Counted from the stretch's first letter, positions 1-15,844 are shown. The stretch is 64,000 nt of DNA from Octopus vulgaris (GCA_951406725.2 OX597814.1:146506001-146570000), one strand, 5' to 3'. Made by a program: numbers and translations. The notes: generated from the sequence alone by a model not told the origin.

Positions 1-21
1 TACATACATACATACATACAT

Positions 22-58
<37 letters not shown>

Positions 59-1842
59 CTTATATATATATATAAATTCTGTACGACTCTATTATTCTTT
101 CTTTTAGACCACTTCACACTTCGTTCTTTCCGCTTTTTTTCGCGCCCCCTTCTCTCACATTTCTTGACCTTTCTTTCATTCTCCCATTCGCTCCACACTT
201 ACCTAACTCTGTCCCTTTCCTTTCTGCTTCTTTCCTCTTCTCTCTTCCTTGTCACTTCCTAATTCTTCAGTTCCTCTGCCGTTACGCTTCTCCTCTCCTT
301 CCACGTGACCGGTGTTCCGGCAAGCCTGACTTTTGTTTCTTTGTCCGAATACCATCGACCAAAGAAACATCTCTAATATTCCTTCCCATGACTAGCATTC
401 CTCTTGTCCCTGCCATAAAGTTTCTGTTCCACACACGCCAGATTAATTTAGTTCGACCTAAGTCGCAAGACACCTGTTGTTAATGTCCTAGTGTTTTTTA
501 TTTATAATTCTGTACCATTTTCATCCTTGTTTTCGTATACATTCTCTTGCTTTCTTCTACGGAATCTAGTACACTTAGCTTAGGCTTTCTTGCAGCCGGC
601 CAGATTGGAGCAGTCTCGAGTGTAACCGACGGAAACTGCTAAGACTACCTGGTACTCGACTCAGGATAGGTTTACATGTTCAAACTTATACAATCATGGT
701 TGTATATTTTCTCCTAGATCATGGAGATTATACCTACCTGTATATATCGACTGACATTAAGTGTATGTATATAATATTTTATATGCCTTAATGTACACGA
801 TATTTCTAATACACATACTCACACACACGCACCAAACACACACATTTATATGCCCATCTCTACACCTATGTATGAGTATTTCTATTAAGTTATGCATATA
901 GAGTATTTGGGTATAATGATATCTTTGGGGAATTCAGGGACAGCCGTCCTACTGCATAATCTATTTTATTGAATAGCAGCGTATCATGATTTTCAGTCTC
1001 CATTAACTCGTATATCTCACTAGGTGAAATGCACGCATCTACAAACATTCAAGAATAAAGAAACCATCCACACCACTCTGCCTGTTTCTCCCCTACTATT
1101 TAGGGTTCAATGTTGCACTCATACATTATCATCTTTGTACCTTCGTTTACAACTACCACCCTTATACTTTTATATTTTTATTCCTTACCTTCATACAACT
1201 GTGATAAAAAATTAAGTCATGATAGCCAGGGATCATAATGCAATAAAATAACAAAAGATAAGTTGTTACATAACTTTGCCGAAAATGCTTATATACTCTA
1301 ACGAAGAATGACCATTGTGTGAAGTGTCAATACTTGCTTCAAGCGTCACATGAATTTGCTTCCAAGTATGCATTTAGATCCCTACAATAATGGATTTAGC
1401 AAATACAAATATTTAGTTGCCGAGATTTTTCGGTACATAGATGAACACATCTTTAGTAGCTGTTAAAGCAAAATATTCTCTAGATGTTTGCATGCAGATG
1501 CCCTTGCTTTGAAGTGGTGGTAACATGAATTGATAACAAGAGAGCAGTAAACCAGTAGAAAAAAATCGTGCTTGAGTATGTAGGAAAGTTATTCAGCATT
1601 TAAAGTTTGGGAAATTAAAAAATATGCTTACTGAAGACACGGTTATAAGTATATTTTGCATTTCTAGTTAGTAGTACCTTTATTCATTAGATTATTGAAA
1701 GCTTCAAAGCTTGAAGGAGTACACACAATTGGCAGAAGAATGAGTTTGCATATACTAAGATGCTCTACATTCTGTTGCCTGAATTTAATATCAATTCTCT
1801 GTTATCGGTGATAAATACAGCAGATATTTTGATTTCATAATT

Positions 1843-1921
<79 letters not shown>

Positions 1922-1928
<7 letters not shown>

Positions 1929-2243
1929 CAGGTTGTCTGTCTGTGTGTCTGTGTTTCTGTCAGGTTGTACCCTCACCATGACCACGGCTTTCAACCGATT
2001 CTGATGAAACTTGACACACACATAGCCCAATGTCATAATTCAAAACTAACACAGCGAAAATTTTGAAAAGTTCCCCCAGTTCTGAAAAAAATTTATAAAT
2101 TCCGCCACTTCAAGCAGTCAACGAGACAAAAGATGACCAGACAACATAACCTTGGCATACTTCTGCTAATCGCAGCTGTAACCGTAAGTCGTTGCCTACT
2201 AGGGGTTCTTACATACCAGGGCAACGCTGGGCTATGTTGCTAG
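1922..2243 (+). mobile_element. Non-autonomous Helitron-like element A
   Basis: Inserted in (TA)n. 5' GTCTGTCT repeat; subterminal GC hairpin CCAG..GCAACGCTGG; terminal CTAG at 2240-2243. The 5' ~180 bp are shared with 4560-4745. Confidence 0.7.
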
Positions 2244-2267
2244 TATATATATAAACAGAAAGTGAGA

Positions 2268-2331
<64 letters not shown>

Positions 2332-4261
2332 CGTATATGTGTGCCAAGCTATGATTTTTTATGTCAAATTTGCATTAAGAAAATGCTTATATTTAGCATT
2401 TTTAACTATCAACTTCCCAATCTGAGTTTGGAACTATTTGTCAAGATTTTCTCATTAAAGTTTCTCCGTATTTCGTATGGATAGACCAACAACCAATTAG
2501 GAAAGCTAGGCTCCAAAGACTACTAAAATAAATACAGAAGGGTTACAAATATCCAGAGATTTATAAACAGAGATAATGAGCTTAAACAAGTTAAAATAAG
2601 TTTAAACAGTATTAGATATATTCCAGGAAAGCAAAGCTAATCAGAGGTTATCGTCTGCAGCATTGTTAATACTGCAAAATATTGAGATTCCATTTCTGCA
2701 ATCATTTAAACAATTAAGAATACAAACTCCTTCTTATTGACTTTTTTTTCTTGTGTGAATAATTTTGTTGATTGTAATTTTAAATTAGATTTTGTTGATT
2801 TAAAATTGTTGCTTGTAAGTTGATATGTTTCTTATTTGTGGTTTCCCAAAATAAAGACAAATAGCTAAAACCACATATATACTGCTATATGACGAGTCTT
2901 CTTGCAGTTTATTTGTTCGGTGGGAAGCTACAACAAATACAGTGAGCTATAAAATAACAGAAATTGTGCATGCCATAACATTGGCAAGCTGAAATCAAAA
3001 CTAATTTTCTAACACCATCAATCAAATGCAGAAGATAGAAGACGAAATAAGTTCCGATGAGACGGTTTGAGTATCAAATATCTGTATATTGATACGAGTT
3101 GCAATTTAATACGAGATATCAATCAAATAACGTTATTCATTGTAATAGTCATCAATACTGTACATAACAAGGCACAAATATTCCCAGAGCAGTCAAAACT
3201 ACAGCAAGATATCTGTTGAGGAACAGTAATGTTGTCAGCAAAATAGTTTTCATGTAAAATGGAATAAAAGTTTCAAATTGCCGTAATAATGAAATATTCC
3301 CTAGTGACTGTTTCACTAGAGCTTTCTTACATTTTACAATTTTATTATAATTTTTATTGAGAGATCAAGTAAGATTTTTAATATATCTGTCAATAAACCT
3401 ATTCTTTATATTACGTTCTTTGTCTCTTACGTTTCTTTCTGTCCATCCATATTTCTCTTATTCTCCCAGTGCTCTTACGCTACGCATACGATTTAGTAGC
3501 TGATAAAGTACATGAAAATAAATTAACATTGTCGTATATACACATTAATGAATCTATGCGTTACTACCACATACGGATACTGTTTAGCTTCTTATAAAGT
3601 ACAAGAAGTTAAATTTACATTGTAATATATACACACATTTAAATCTGCGAAGAAAACTGGTACTACTTCCGTGCAGCTAAATCGGAAGTATACTGCTCAA
3701 AGAAAGCACTCCAATAGGGAAAAGTAATTCGCAAATAATTAATTCGTTTCAGAATGAGGAACTGCATTTTTTCAAATAAAAATACTGCGAAATTAAGGTG
3801 ATAAAGCCAAAAGTGAAAGCTAATGTCCCTGGTGGGCCAAAGAGTTATATTTTCTCTCGTGTACGCAAAGATCATGAGGAAAAGCAATGCAATTAAATTT
3901 GTTTTATATAGACCCATACACAATTATAGTGGATTAAATCGTATATACCAGACAAGTATTCTGAATCGTACATGCCAGGCATACAGCTGTAATTCTGTAG
4001 AAATTATCATATGGATGACCGATATATGAAACAGCATAAATGTCAAGCGTATACAAATATATAAAAAAGGAAACCTTAAAAGATGTAATTTAATTACTTC
4101 AACATTTAAGTGTAAGAGTAACACATACACTCACATCCGTGTATATTGCAGAGATAAATGCTGGATAAAGATATTGTCAGATATTTCCTTCCTATTTTAA
4201 TAGATTTTGGCTTCGGTGAAATTTAAAGTTAAGAAACACGCACGTTGTGTATATCTATCTT

Positions 4262-4366
<105 letters not shown>

Positions 4367-4385
4367 ATATATATATATATATATA

Positions 4386-4745
4386 CTAGCAGTATCGCCC
4401 GGCGTTGCTCAGGTTTGTAAGGGAAATAACTATAAAGCATTTTTAGAGAGTTATAGCCAAAAAATAGCAAAAAAAATGGAAAAAAAATGATGGTAAATTT
4501 TTTTTGAAAGTTAAAAAAGACGGTCTGTGGTTTGGGTTTCTAATTCTCGACCCCATGTCGAATTTATCGATTTTTTCAGAACTGGGGGAACTTTTCAAAA
4601 TTTTCGCTGCGTTAGTTTTGAATTATGACATTGGGCTATGTGTGTGTCAAGTTTCATCAGAATCGGTTGAAAGCCGTGGTCAGAGTGAGGGTACGAGAAA
4701 ACAGACACACAGAAAACGCAGAGACAAACTGCCGTTTATATAGAA
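4386..4745 (-). mobile_element. Non-autonomous Helitron-like element B
   Basis: Minus strand starts TCTATATAAACGGCAG and ends GCAACGCCGGGCGATACTGCTAG. Flanked by (TA)n/(TATC)n. Confidence 0.72.
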
Positions 4746-4746
4746 G

Positions 4747-4806
<60 letters not shown>

Positions 4807-4984
4807 TAGTAGGTGCAATAATTTTTCGGCTTTGGTTTAAACAAAACACAGGAGGATCAGTAAATTACAATTTTATTCAAAAGTTATTCACTTTCAGATT
4901 CACACATTTATTGCATTCAGGTTTTCTAAACCCTGTAAAGCAAGACGGAAATTTGGGCCTCCAACCAAGCCTTCCGCGTTACCC

Positions 4985-5027
<43 letters not shown>

Positions 5028-5029
5028 GG

Positions 5030-5790
5030 TAAAAAGAAAATAGAGGGGATACAAGAATGACATACATCAGCCGGTAGACATTCTATTGTGTCTATTCGAA
5101 AACAAAAGGGAGTATTATAAGAATACATAAACATGCAAAGACCCTGTGCTACACAAACATATACTAATAATACATAAAGAAAAAAAGATTAAAAGATCAG
5201 TTCCTTACGACCATTTCTGCCAAGAGGCCATGATATCCTCCACGCTAGCTCCATCTTTTCAGTGTTCTGTATGGAAGTGTACATAGAATTTGGATGTTGA
5301 GTGTGCCTCTAGTCTTATAATTAGGGTTCAGCAAAAAATTTTGCTTCACCACCAACCGAAATTTAGAAATAGCAGCCAAACGTTTACCGTTTAACATGCC
5401 GAAACTGCTTGTGAAATGATTCGCAGGAGGAAAATAAGATTCGAATTTCGAGTTTGAAGCAACTCAGTAACAAACATTCTTTAACGTATGCGTTATTAAA
5501 TCTTGTAAAGTTGTGGCACGTTGTCCAGTTAAACACCTCTTTTAAAGACAGATATCTCAAAGCTAAACGAAAGAAAACTTTACCTGATATCGATAGTTGG
5601 TGATCATTTCTTCTCTCCAGTGCCACATATTCACCTCCCATATGAAAGGGGAAATGACTGCGAAATGTTGATATGTGATACTTTTTCACTTCTGGAACGA
5701 TTTCGTTTCGCCTTACTTTGAGATATATGCTGTGATTTTAAACACAATACGTTCAGAACGTTGTCTCCTCAGGATGCAATACTGCAGTTT
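5030..5790 (-). mobile_element. Penelope-like 3' remnant (GIY-YIG C-terminus + pLTR)
   Basis: Minus-strand HIS..HFPFH..ER-like terminus (ORF 5384-5689). TTAGAAATAGCAGCCAAA at ~5364 is shared with the 55388 array. Confidence 0.45.
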
Positions 5791-8070
5791 CAAAAAATAT
5801 CGTAACATACACTCATTATGTATGTGATATTGATAATGTTTATAAAACTGGCATTCCATCAGTTACGACGAGATTTCCAGATAATCCACTCGTGAAATTT
5901 ATATGGAAGTGACGGAGCACCTCACAGGCACGCATACCCTTAATGTAGTCCTCGGAGATATTCAACGTGAGACAGAGTATGGCAAGTTTGGCCCTTTGAA
6001 ATACAGGTACAACTAAGTTTTGCCCTCTCAGTGAAGTAAAGTAGCATGAAATAAAGTGCCTTACTCAAAGGCACAACGCGCCGCCGGGACACAAACTCGC
6101 ATCTCTATGATCGTGAATCGAATGCCTTAACCACTAGGTCACTCGCCTTCACTAATATTGACATTATTAAGCACAAAATACGAGCACCTAATCTTTTTCT
6201 CTCTCTCTCTCTCTTCCGCACACACACACACACACCCACACATATACACACCCGTAGAGTCAGTTTAATGTACTTCTCTACTTCTGTACTTTTGTACTCC
6301 GAGGCAAGGACAAAAGACAATTAGCATGGAATTAATGACTCACGATGGTGAGATAATCCTAATGAATTCGCTATACTGCACCCCCTCCACACACACACGT
6401 GCACATACACGCACATCAACACATCAAACGCACAAACAACTACACCCCCACACTTATCCTGTGAAATAGCTTAAAGACTCGAATCTCTCTTTATTCATTA
6501 CAGAAATTCTCAACACCTACTCATAGATTAGTCTGACGTGCAAAGTACTTATGTCTATTGCCTAATACCACTTCCTTCCTATAGTTTCATTCTGCCGAGC
6601 ACATCGTAGGACTGTGTGATCTTCATCATGTATTTTGAAACAAATAATTAACATTTTCTGCAGATGGTGATATATTACGTTGTGTTTTGATTTATCTGTT
6701 TGTTCTGGAAGAAGAGAATATGTTGGGCCTCAGAGAACGTGATGTTCATGAAGCAAGATTTCCTTTTCTTAATAAAGGTTTTATGACCTTAATAGTGAGA
6801 CAAGTGTCCCGTATATATCAGTCTTTTGAGTAAAAGTCGTGTTGCTGCGCAGAACGATTTTCCTAAGTATTTAGGACGCATCTCCGAATATAAACAATAA
6901 TGCACTTCATAAATTATATTCTTTTCTATTCTAGACACAAGGCACGAAATTTTGTTAGAGGGGGCCAGTCGATTAGATCAACCCCAGTACACAACTGGTA
7001 CTTAATTTATCGACCCCGATAGAATGAAAGACAAAGTCGACCGCGGCGGAATTTGAACTCAGAACATAAAGACATACGAAATACTGCAAAGCATTTCACC
7101 CGGCATGCTACCGTTTCTACCTGCTCGCCGCCTTATACAATTCATTAGTTAGATAGCCCCGCATAACCATAAAAGAGCCTGAATGGACATGACTCAAATG
7201 CTTTTGAACACGTATCAGTTCGATGAGAACTGCGTTTATAATCGAAAATGTATTTTGAAGCAAGAATTTGCATTAATATATTAGAATTATCTTGGACTAA
7301 TTCAATGTTGTAACCAGCGCAAAAGTGGGAAAATATCATTCGTTGAAACAAAAACAAAATTGTAATAGTTGAATTAACAGATGGGATTTGAAAATCAGAT
7401 ATAAGTGTACTGTCTAAAAACCTGATAGATAATAAATATAACAGAATGCTAGCAAAAGTAACTTTAGTACAGGAATCAAAACTTATATCATTGAGTTTAC
7501 TCTAATCATTAACGACATGATGTCATATTTATGCCTGGTGTCATATTTTTGTCACTAACATCGATAATGAAATTAAATATCCCCATACCAAGTATATATT
7601 TTGCTTACAGCACTAGAGCTTTATGCAGTCTATGCTTATCTACAAATGTGTCCGACCACATAAAAAAAGGAAACACTTCTAAAGGCATCGCTTTCTATTT
7701 TAAAGGGATCCACCATAAATCTCTCCCTGCTATCATATATTTGGTTGTTTACAATTTTAGCACTAGACGAGCAGAGTGGAGGGTAGGTGGCCTTCGATTC
7801 TTGGTTGGTACTTAGTTTATCGACCCCAAAAGTATTCATAAGCAGTATAGTATGAGAAGAGATAAAAAGTCAAAAGAGGGGTAAAGGAAAAGAAAATATC
7901 GTTAAAATGAGAGTTCATTATAAAACAGTCTTCCTTCTGCGCCTGCGCGAACACAGACTATGCTCTCGGTATTTAAATATAACTTCTATACATTCCACTC
8001 ACGCATATACGCACTAAAAATTATATTCATTAACAAGTATCTTAGCTGCAAACATAAATATGCTTTTAAC

Positions 8071-8125
<55 letters not shown>

Positions 8126-10687
8126 CATATATACGAAATCACATTCATACACATGTACTCAGTTACACACACCTATATATTTTGCATGACAATACGTACA
8201 TACAGCTATATGGATAAACACACAGAATTTGCATAAGAACTGGCATATGTATGCAGAGAATGACATACACACGCTAAGATATAAACATGTGTTTGTGTGT
8301 GTGTGTATGTGTGTGTTTCGGTATTATATATTCATGATGGGCAAATCAAATAGAACGATATGATTATGGTGTTTTAGAAACATTTCTGTATTGCTGTAAG
8401 AAATCTATGTTATCAAGAGACTCGTTTCGGAACAATAAGCAGCTTATTTCCACTTAAAATCTTGAATCATTCTCCATTGAATATAATACACACAGAAATG
8501 TCTTCAATGCGGTAAATTTGTTGTAATCGATTTTATTACTTACTATTCCAAATATTATTGTAAGCTTTACCCATTTCAATTGATCCCTTCTGTCTAATTA
8601 GGCAATGTTAAAATTATATTTATTCTCTACAGAGCAATGTAATTGTCATTATTTGATTTTAATCAAACCACTTGTGTAATATTTAAGATAATATTCATAT
8701 TTGCTATTATTGACGGACATTATACAATACACAAGTGTATTTCTTACTTTCATATGTCAGTTATCATTGGACATATATTTCCAACGGCGTGATAGATAAG
8801 TTTATAATATTTTTGTTTATATTCCCTAAATTGCCTTTGTAATTATACTCTATATAATAAAATGTTTATCACCGAGAGAAAACACTGCCAAAGTAATATT
8901 GCTTTGTGAATAGTTAGAGGCTATATCGTTTTGACATCATATACATTAATGCTTAAGAAGTCTAAAGCAATGTCTTTCTTACATTTACAGAAAGTCTGTG
9001 GTGTTGTGTGCTATGGGCGTAAGTGAATTAGATTCAATTGTTATTTATACCGGAATCAATAACATAATTGTGCAGATGTATATGCTACGGGGTTCAAACT
9101 GCAACTCTCCCGTCTATTTATCGGTCAGTGCCCATTTAAGAACCTATTACTCAATGTACTCACTCTGTTTAATTCCTTCCATAGCATGGAAAGTTAGCTG
9201 TTATTTCTAGCAACCCGTCTGATAACAGAAAGTCTTTTTTTTCTTTTGCGTCATTATTTGCAATAATTTATTTTTCCATCGGATATAATTTTCACATTTT
9301 CTATGAATACCTTCATTAAAAAGCAATATTTCAATGCATGTTAAGTCTAACGTGTAAAATAGCAAGAAGGGAGCCACATTTCAGTGAAGTGGGGCGGTGT
9401 GCAATGATGCCATCTAGAGGAATACTTTGAAACGGTGTGCATTCTCTCCTGATGACCCCCACCGCTAGCATGCTAGCATCCGGTGTGCGGAGCTCTCAAC
9501 TTGTAGCACTTGCATGTGCATGTTGTTTAGAAAACAATCCTGAATTAAATATTGTAACATCACATTTTATGAAAAGAAAAGAGAAGATGAAAACAGTGTC
9601 GATATGTGTTCAATTCAACCTGCAATAAATAAGAGAAGTTATTCGCTTAATTACATTACCGTCTATAGTCTTCCTTTGGTTCCAGCCATTTCAACGGAAA
9701 GCTTCTTGGGAATAGAATAAGTAAATAAGACATCGATAAGTATAACTCTTAAAACTGTGTTAGTACTTCATTGTCTAATTATCAATGTATATATATATAC
9801 CCATGCTGGGGCAACGTCTTGGCTTTAGATTCGAACAAATGGTCCCCAGTACTTAAGCTCTAAGCCTCGTTCTTATCCTGTTGATTTCTTTTGAATACAG
9901 GGACGTAAACACACCAGCGCCAGTTGTAAGATTGGGGTCAGGGACAAATACAGACAATATAGAAATAAACACACAGTCAGACAAACAGACAGACAGACAG
10001 ACAGACACACACACACATATATATATATATATAAGTATACAACAGGATTCTCTCAGGTTCCGTCTACCAAATCTATTCATATGGCTTCAAGCATTTTTAG
10101 CCTGTATTAGAAGACATGCGCCCAAAGTGCTACGCAATGGGACTGAACCCCGAATCATGAGGTTGGGAGTGAAAATTCTTGGTGCACAGACACCTATTTA
10201 AAGAGAGACATGAAAAGAGAGAAATAGCAAAACAGTTACGCTTTTAGAAATCCATAAAAATACATGTTTGTCCCACTTTCAATAATATGTTTACGCACCT
10301 TATTTTTTCTACTATTATTGTTATGCAGTATATGCATTTATATAGATTATATGGTTGTATCCCAGGCCCATGAGAAAATAAGTCAATTCGGTTGTAAAAA
10401 AAACATTTTTTATTATATATTATATATTTCATATACATTACACGTGTTTCAATAGCAGGTGGAAGTATGTAGCATATTATATGATATTAATAAAAAGGAA
10501 GGCAGCGAGCTGGCTGTAATGCTAGCATGCCTGGCGAATAGTTTAGCGGTATTTTGTCTGCCTTTATGTTCTGAGTTCAAATTCCGCTGAGGTCGACTTT
10601 GATTCTCATCCTTTCGGGATCGATAAATTAAGTATCATTTGCGTACTAGGATTGATCTAAACGACTGCCTCCCTTCCCAAAAATATC

Positions 10688-10747
<60 letters not shown>

Positions 10748-10748
10748 G

Positions 10749-10781
<33 letters not shown>

Positions 10782-10879
10782 ATATGTATGTATATATATA
10801 TACATACACTGTGTCCAGCGAAGTATAACATCATCTGGTGATCTGGTCGCTCACATGATCACATGATATACATATATAT

Positions 10880-11310
10880 GCTGGGACATTACTGTTAGCT
10901 TTGCTGCATTTCCACTACGTCTGACCTCTTCTGATATGTTGTACGTGATGAATGAGGGATGTTGATGTTGTTGCCCGCATCTACGTTTCCAGCTGTAAGC
11001 TAGACTCATCCGGAACTTTTGACCGGAGAAAATCCAGCTTTGTTTTGAAGACACCTATATCCCCCGTATACAGGTTTCTGAGTCGTGGAGTGGAGTTATT
11101 GAAAACTGTGGGATCTCGAAACACAAGCTGTAGTAGTGTCTGATCGTGTTTCCTGATGGCAATGCTGAGATCTCTTGCATTATGCACAGGTTCTTCTTTG
11201 TGCATTTGTGTTAGTTTCAATGCTAAAGTTTCGTGCAAGTCTGTCCATGCTTTTCCAAATGTGTATCACAACATATGATCTCCATATTTGTTCTGGGGAA
11301 TAGAGTCATA
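10880..11310 (-). mobile_element. CR1/L2-type LINE 3' fragment
   Basis: RSYVVIHIWK followed by PTVFNNSTPRLRNL..FKTKLDFLRSKVPDE (ORF 10981-11238), typical of the CR1-group ORF2 C-terminus. Confidence 0.7.
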
Positions 11311-12599
11311 TATATACATCTATAATACCGAATACAATCACTTTGACATTCTCACACACAAATACGCGCCAACCAACTTTTACATATTTTAGTGATTGCA
11401 CTCCAGTTATAAATGTGTGAGCCTTTGTCGAACTTATGGATGTTTTTAGAAATGTAGTCGCTCTTTCTGTGATTATATCTTGAACTCATATATTTTAACC
11501 GTTTTGTATCATTACCTGTTATTGTTTTACTACTGTATCTAGAACAAAAATAAACAGATGGTTTCCTGTTTTATATCGTTGTGAAATACTCCCAGTTCCT
11601 ATTCCTACCTGCATGAATAAACTACAAAATACTAGCTGACATCCTATATAGATACATACATGTATGATATATATGTATATATGTATGTATTTATGTATAT
11701 GTATGTATATGTGAGTGCTTGTGTGTGTGTGTACGAGTGTGTATGTGTGTGTTTACGTATGTGTATTTGAAAAGAATTTTGTTTACAATAAGTATACTTT
11801 TATTTTATGAAAATATGATGATACAACAAATAGATAATTAAAGCTGAAGCCTATTGACTTCCAGAATCTGATATAGAATTTAGGTAGATGAGTTTTAAAT
11901 ACACTTATTTGTGTTTTTCCTCATATATAGTAATATTTCTTTAATCTGACTCTATACAAAGGCGACACATAGACTGTCAGATAAAACGCAGAATTATATT
12001 AATAAAAAGAAACACGCGAAACATGAAAATTATCAAACATAAGCCATACGTTACTTTTTAAATAACGGATTTAATACATAAAAACATTTTAATGCTGTTG
12101 AAAACTATTTTCTTGGTTAAAGAAAACCAGGAAAATTAAACTTCATTCAGTTTAGACAAAGCATTTTAACATGAATAATACTGTGGCTTGTAAAGAGATC
12201 AGGCGCAGCTGCATTCGGCACATTTAATTTACACCCAGAGACACGCTAATAGTTTAGGAGTGAGATTTAGGATTTCTCGGTTTTCTGCAAATCGAATTTG
12301 ATAAAACATTTCCCCACTTTTTAGCACAGTATGGCAACAGCATTATGTTTTCATTATTCTGTGTATCGTCCTTTCTTCTCTTTATTTCAGATCCTTTAGT
12401 TTTGTGGCGTACCTCGCTTATAACTTTTGAATGAAAATAGCCCATGTAGGGACATTTTTTCATAAAACGAAGTTTAATGATACATATTAAGCATACATCG
12501 AGTATATATTGAAGAGAAACCAATAATAACATTATAATATTTGAATGATTTAGCCACACGAGCGCCATTTCGACAGATATCTTCAAAACGTCATGAAAT

Positions 12600-13400
12600 C
12601 TGTCAATTTCTTAATAGTAGCAGGTTGGACTGCTGCAGCTTTGATGGTCGCTCATAAGACAACTTTCGATGTAATTTGGTGTCCATCTGTATAAACATCT
12701 TGTTTAATGATGGACCCAAGATTTTCGATTGCGTTGAGGTCTGGAGATGTTAGCAGTCACACCATCAACATAGTATGCCGTGCGAGCACAGGAATATTTG
12801 GGTGGTTCTGGCAGAGTGGGAGGGGGCGATTTCATGCATGAATACGAGATTCCTTAGAGAACACAGCAGTATGTCATCTAGCCAGAGATTCAAGATCTCA
12901 TTCTGGAAAATACAGCCGGTGGTTGCGGTCACTTTAACCTCTTGAGGCACCCTGACTTGGCCAACAACATAATTCCTCCATAATGATGCCAGCCAACAAC
13001 ATAATTCCTCCACCCTGTTGTTCACGTCCTAAACGTTGGTGATGCGCATCTCTAAAATGGACCCAACCATTTTCCCAGCCATCAACTTTCTTCAAGTTCG
13101 CCCTGCCTTCGTCAGTGAATATAATACGAATTATGTCTAACGTCATGTACATTTAGACCCATTGAAGCCTCAAGCTCCTTGTAGGAGGAAGTTTCATGGG
13201 GTCTCGCAGGGAAGCCATGGTCTCGAGGATGCGATTTCTGGTTGTTTGGGGTACATGAAGAAGACCGGAGGCGATGAAAATGGCTTTGCTTGTTTCCCAC
13301 GGAACTTGTGGTCAATATTCCCACATAACTTGTGGTCAATATTCCTTAAATCCCTAGCTGTCACTGTTTTGGAGGTTCCATCAATCGGATAATTTCTTCC
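12600..13400 (-). mobile_element. Tc1-like DDE transposase remnant
   Basis: IIFTDEGRANL..DGWENGWV, QQGGGIML.AGI, VFMHEIAPSHSA and SPDLNAIENL across frameshifts. Small internal tandem duplications at ~12961/12993 and ~13303/13328. Confidence 0.85.
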
Positions 13401-15694
13401 TTGGCGCTCATGTGGAGAAATAATTCATTATGTCAATAAATGTTATATTACTATGGTTTCTTGTTAAATAAATACTAAACTTTTGATTAATATGTATCAT
13501 TAGTCTTAATTTTCTGAAAAAGAAAAAAACAAATGTCTAGATGAGCTATTTTCACTCAAATGCTATTAGCCTGGTTCCCCCAAAACTGAAGAATCTGAAA
13601 TAATAAAAAGAAAGGACGTTATACAGAATAATGAAAACATAACAATCGTATTGCCATAGTGTGCAAACCAGCTGGAAAAGGTTTTATCATAATCGATTCA
13701 CAGAAAACCGGGTTATCCCAAATTACACTCCTAAGCTATTAGCGTAGTTCTGGGTGCATATATAAGATTTTATCTCATGGATGTAATGTCTTGAAGGTGA
13801 AAACTTCTGTCAGAGAGATTACCCTAGCAACAACTAGAGAAATACTCCTTCTCTGAATATATTTATATGTATATTAGATAATCATAACTTTGGACAGTGT
13901 ACAAAGCATACATTGTAAGCACTCGTGTTAATTTTTAAAGGACAAAACGTGATTTCGTGAATCAGATAACTAGCCTTCCTCGATTCTGCATTACGTTGAT
14001 TTTTATGATATCTATTTATCTATCTATCTATCTGTCTGTCTGTCTGTCTCTCTGTACGTCTGCCTGTCTGCCTGCCAGTCAGCTTGCCTGTCTGTCTGTA
14101 TGTGTGCGTTGCATGCATGTGTGTGTGTATTTGTGTGTGTGCTCGTGTATGTGCCTGTGTTTGTGTGCCTGTGTGAGTATGTGTGTGTGCATGTGTTTGT
14201 GTGCATCTGTATGTATGTGCGTGTTTGACAGGGTGTGTAATCAGTAAGAAGAGATTTTCCTAGGATGAGGAGAATGTAGGTGGAGATGAACGGGTATTGC
14301 AGACAGTATATCTGGCTTGGTATAGAAGCTTCTCATTGTTTGGCTTCAGTCATGCGTCTAGATAAAAAAAAGTATGCCAGAACTAGACATGTGTATAATT
14401 TCAAGAAGCAGATGCATTATACTTAGTGTTTCTACCACACGCACATATATAAACATACACACACACGTCCCCTCATACAAACACACACATGTTTTTGTTT
14501 CCGTGTGTAAATGCGTGGGTCATTAGATACACAACTATGTTGAAGTCCTATCTCTATTTTATATAATTTGCATTTTCATCCTAGTTTTTTTATTTTTAAT
14601 GTAGATTTTGAACTGTGTGGTTCTTAAATCCATATCCGTTTTTTCTAAACATTTACAGTTTCATTATGAAGAATTGAAATGAAAATTTAACGTGTTTCTT
14701 ATATACTGATGGAATTCATGTCTAATTTTCGCAAGTTGTTTATTGACTGTCAAGTTTTCATTCGTTTGTCAAAGCCAAATTTGAAGTTAGGATTTAAAAA
14801 GAAATTATGTCAGTATGTTTGTACTGTTCGTGTTAATTTTGGTATTGTATTGCTCATAGTTTTTCTGTGAAATTTCACAAACTATTTATTTTCTTCTAAT
14901 ATTTCCCTATCTATTTGCATAGATTTGCATTCATTTTACAAGTGCAACGTGAAGGTGTTGTATTGTTCACTCCAATGTAACAGCTAGAATACTGGAGTTT
15001 GTAACATTCAATTTTACAATCAAATCTATTGGTGACGTTGGTATTTGCCAGACTTTTCTTCCCGCTAATCCTTCAAATGAAACTCCTATTTACTGGATGT
15101 CAATATTATTCAACTGTCAGACGGCGAGCAGGCAGCATCGCCACTGCGCCAGGAAAAATTAGTAGCAGCATATCTCCCGACTTTGCGTTCTGTGTTCAAG
15201 TGCTGCTAAGGTCGACTTTGTCTTTCGGCCTGTTTTGTCGATAAAAGAAAGTCTGAGACTGATGTAATCGACTTAGCCCCTCTTAGTTTCATTTGCAGTC
15301 TGAAGAAGATAGTTTTAACCTAGTTGTTCCCTATATTCTAAAGTCAATCAGTCGATCGATTGACAACATTTAAATATAAACGCACACACACATCTAGAAA
15401 GCATGTTATGATTGATTGATTGATTGATTCTAGTTTCAGCTCATGAGCTGTGGCCATGCTGGGGCACGTCGATAAAAAAAAATTAAAGTTTATAACGGCT
15501 CATTTCTATCTATTTTATGTACCGCTCTGTAAAAACTGGAACAAGCTTGAACAGTGATGGATTTCATCTAAGATTACTTGGAGCACAATACCGAAACAAC
15601 GATCACAAGACCACTTTCATAACATATCCTGGTATATTGGTGTACTTTTATTAGCAGCGAACTTAAGAGTTATTAGTAATTCTGTTTTGTTTCG

Positions 15695-15727
<33 letters not shown>

Positions 15728-15736
15728 CATACATAC

Positions 15737-15803
<67 letters not shown>

Positions 15804-15844
15804 TATATAGATGTATATAAACATGCATACAGAAATGACACATT

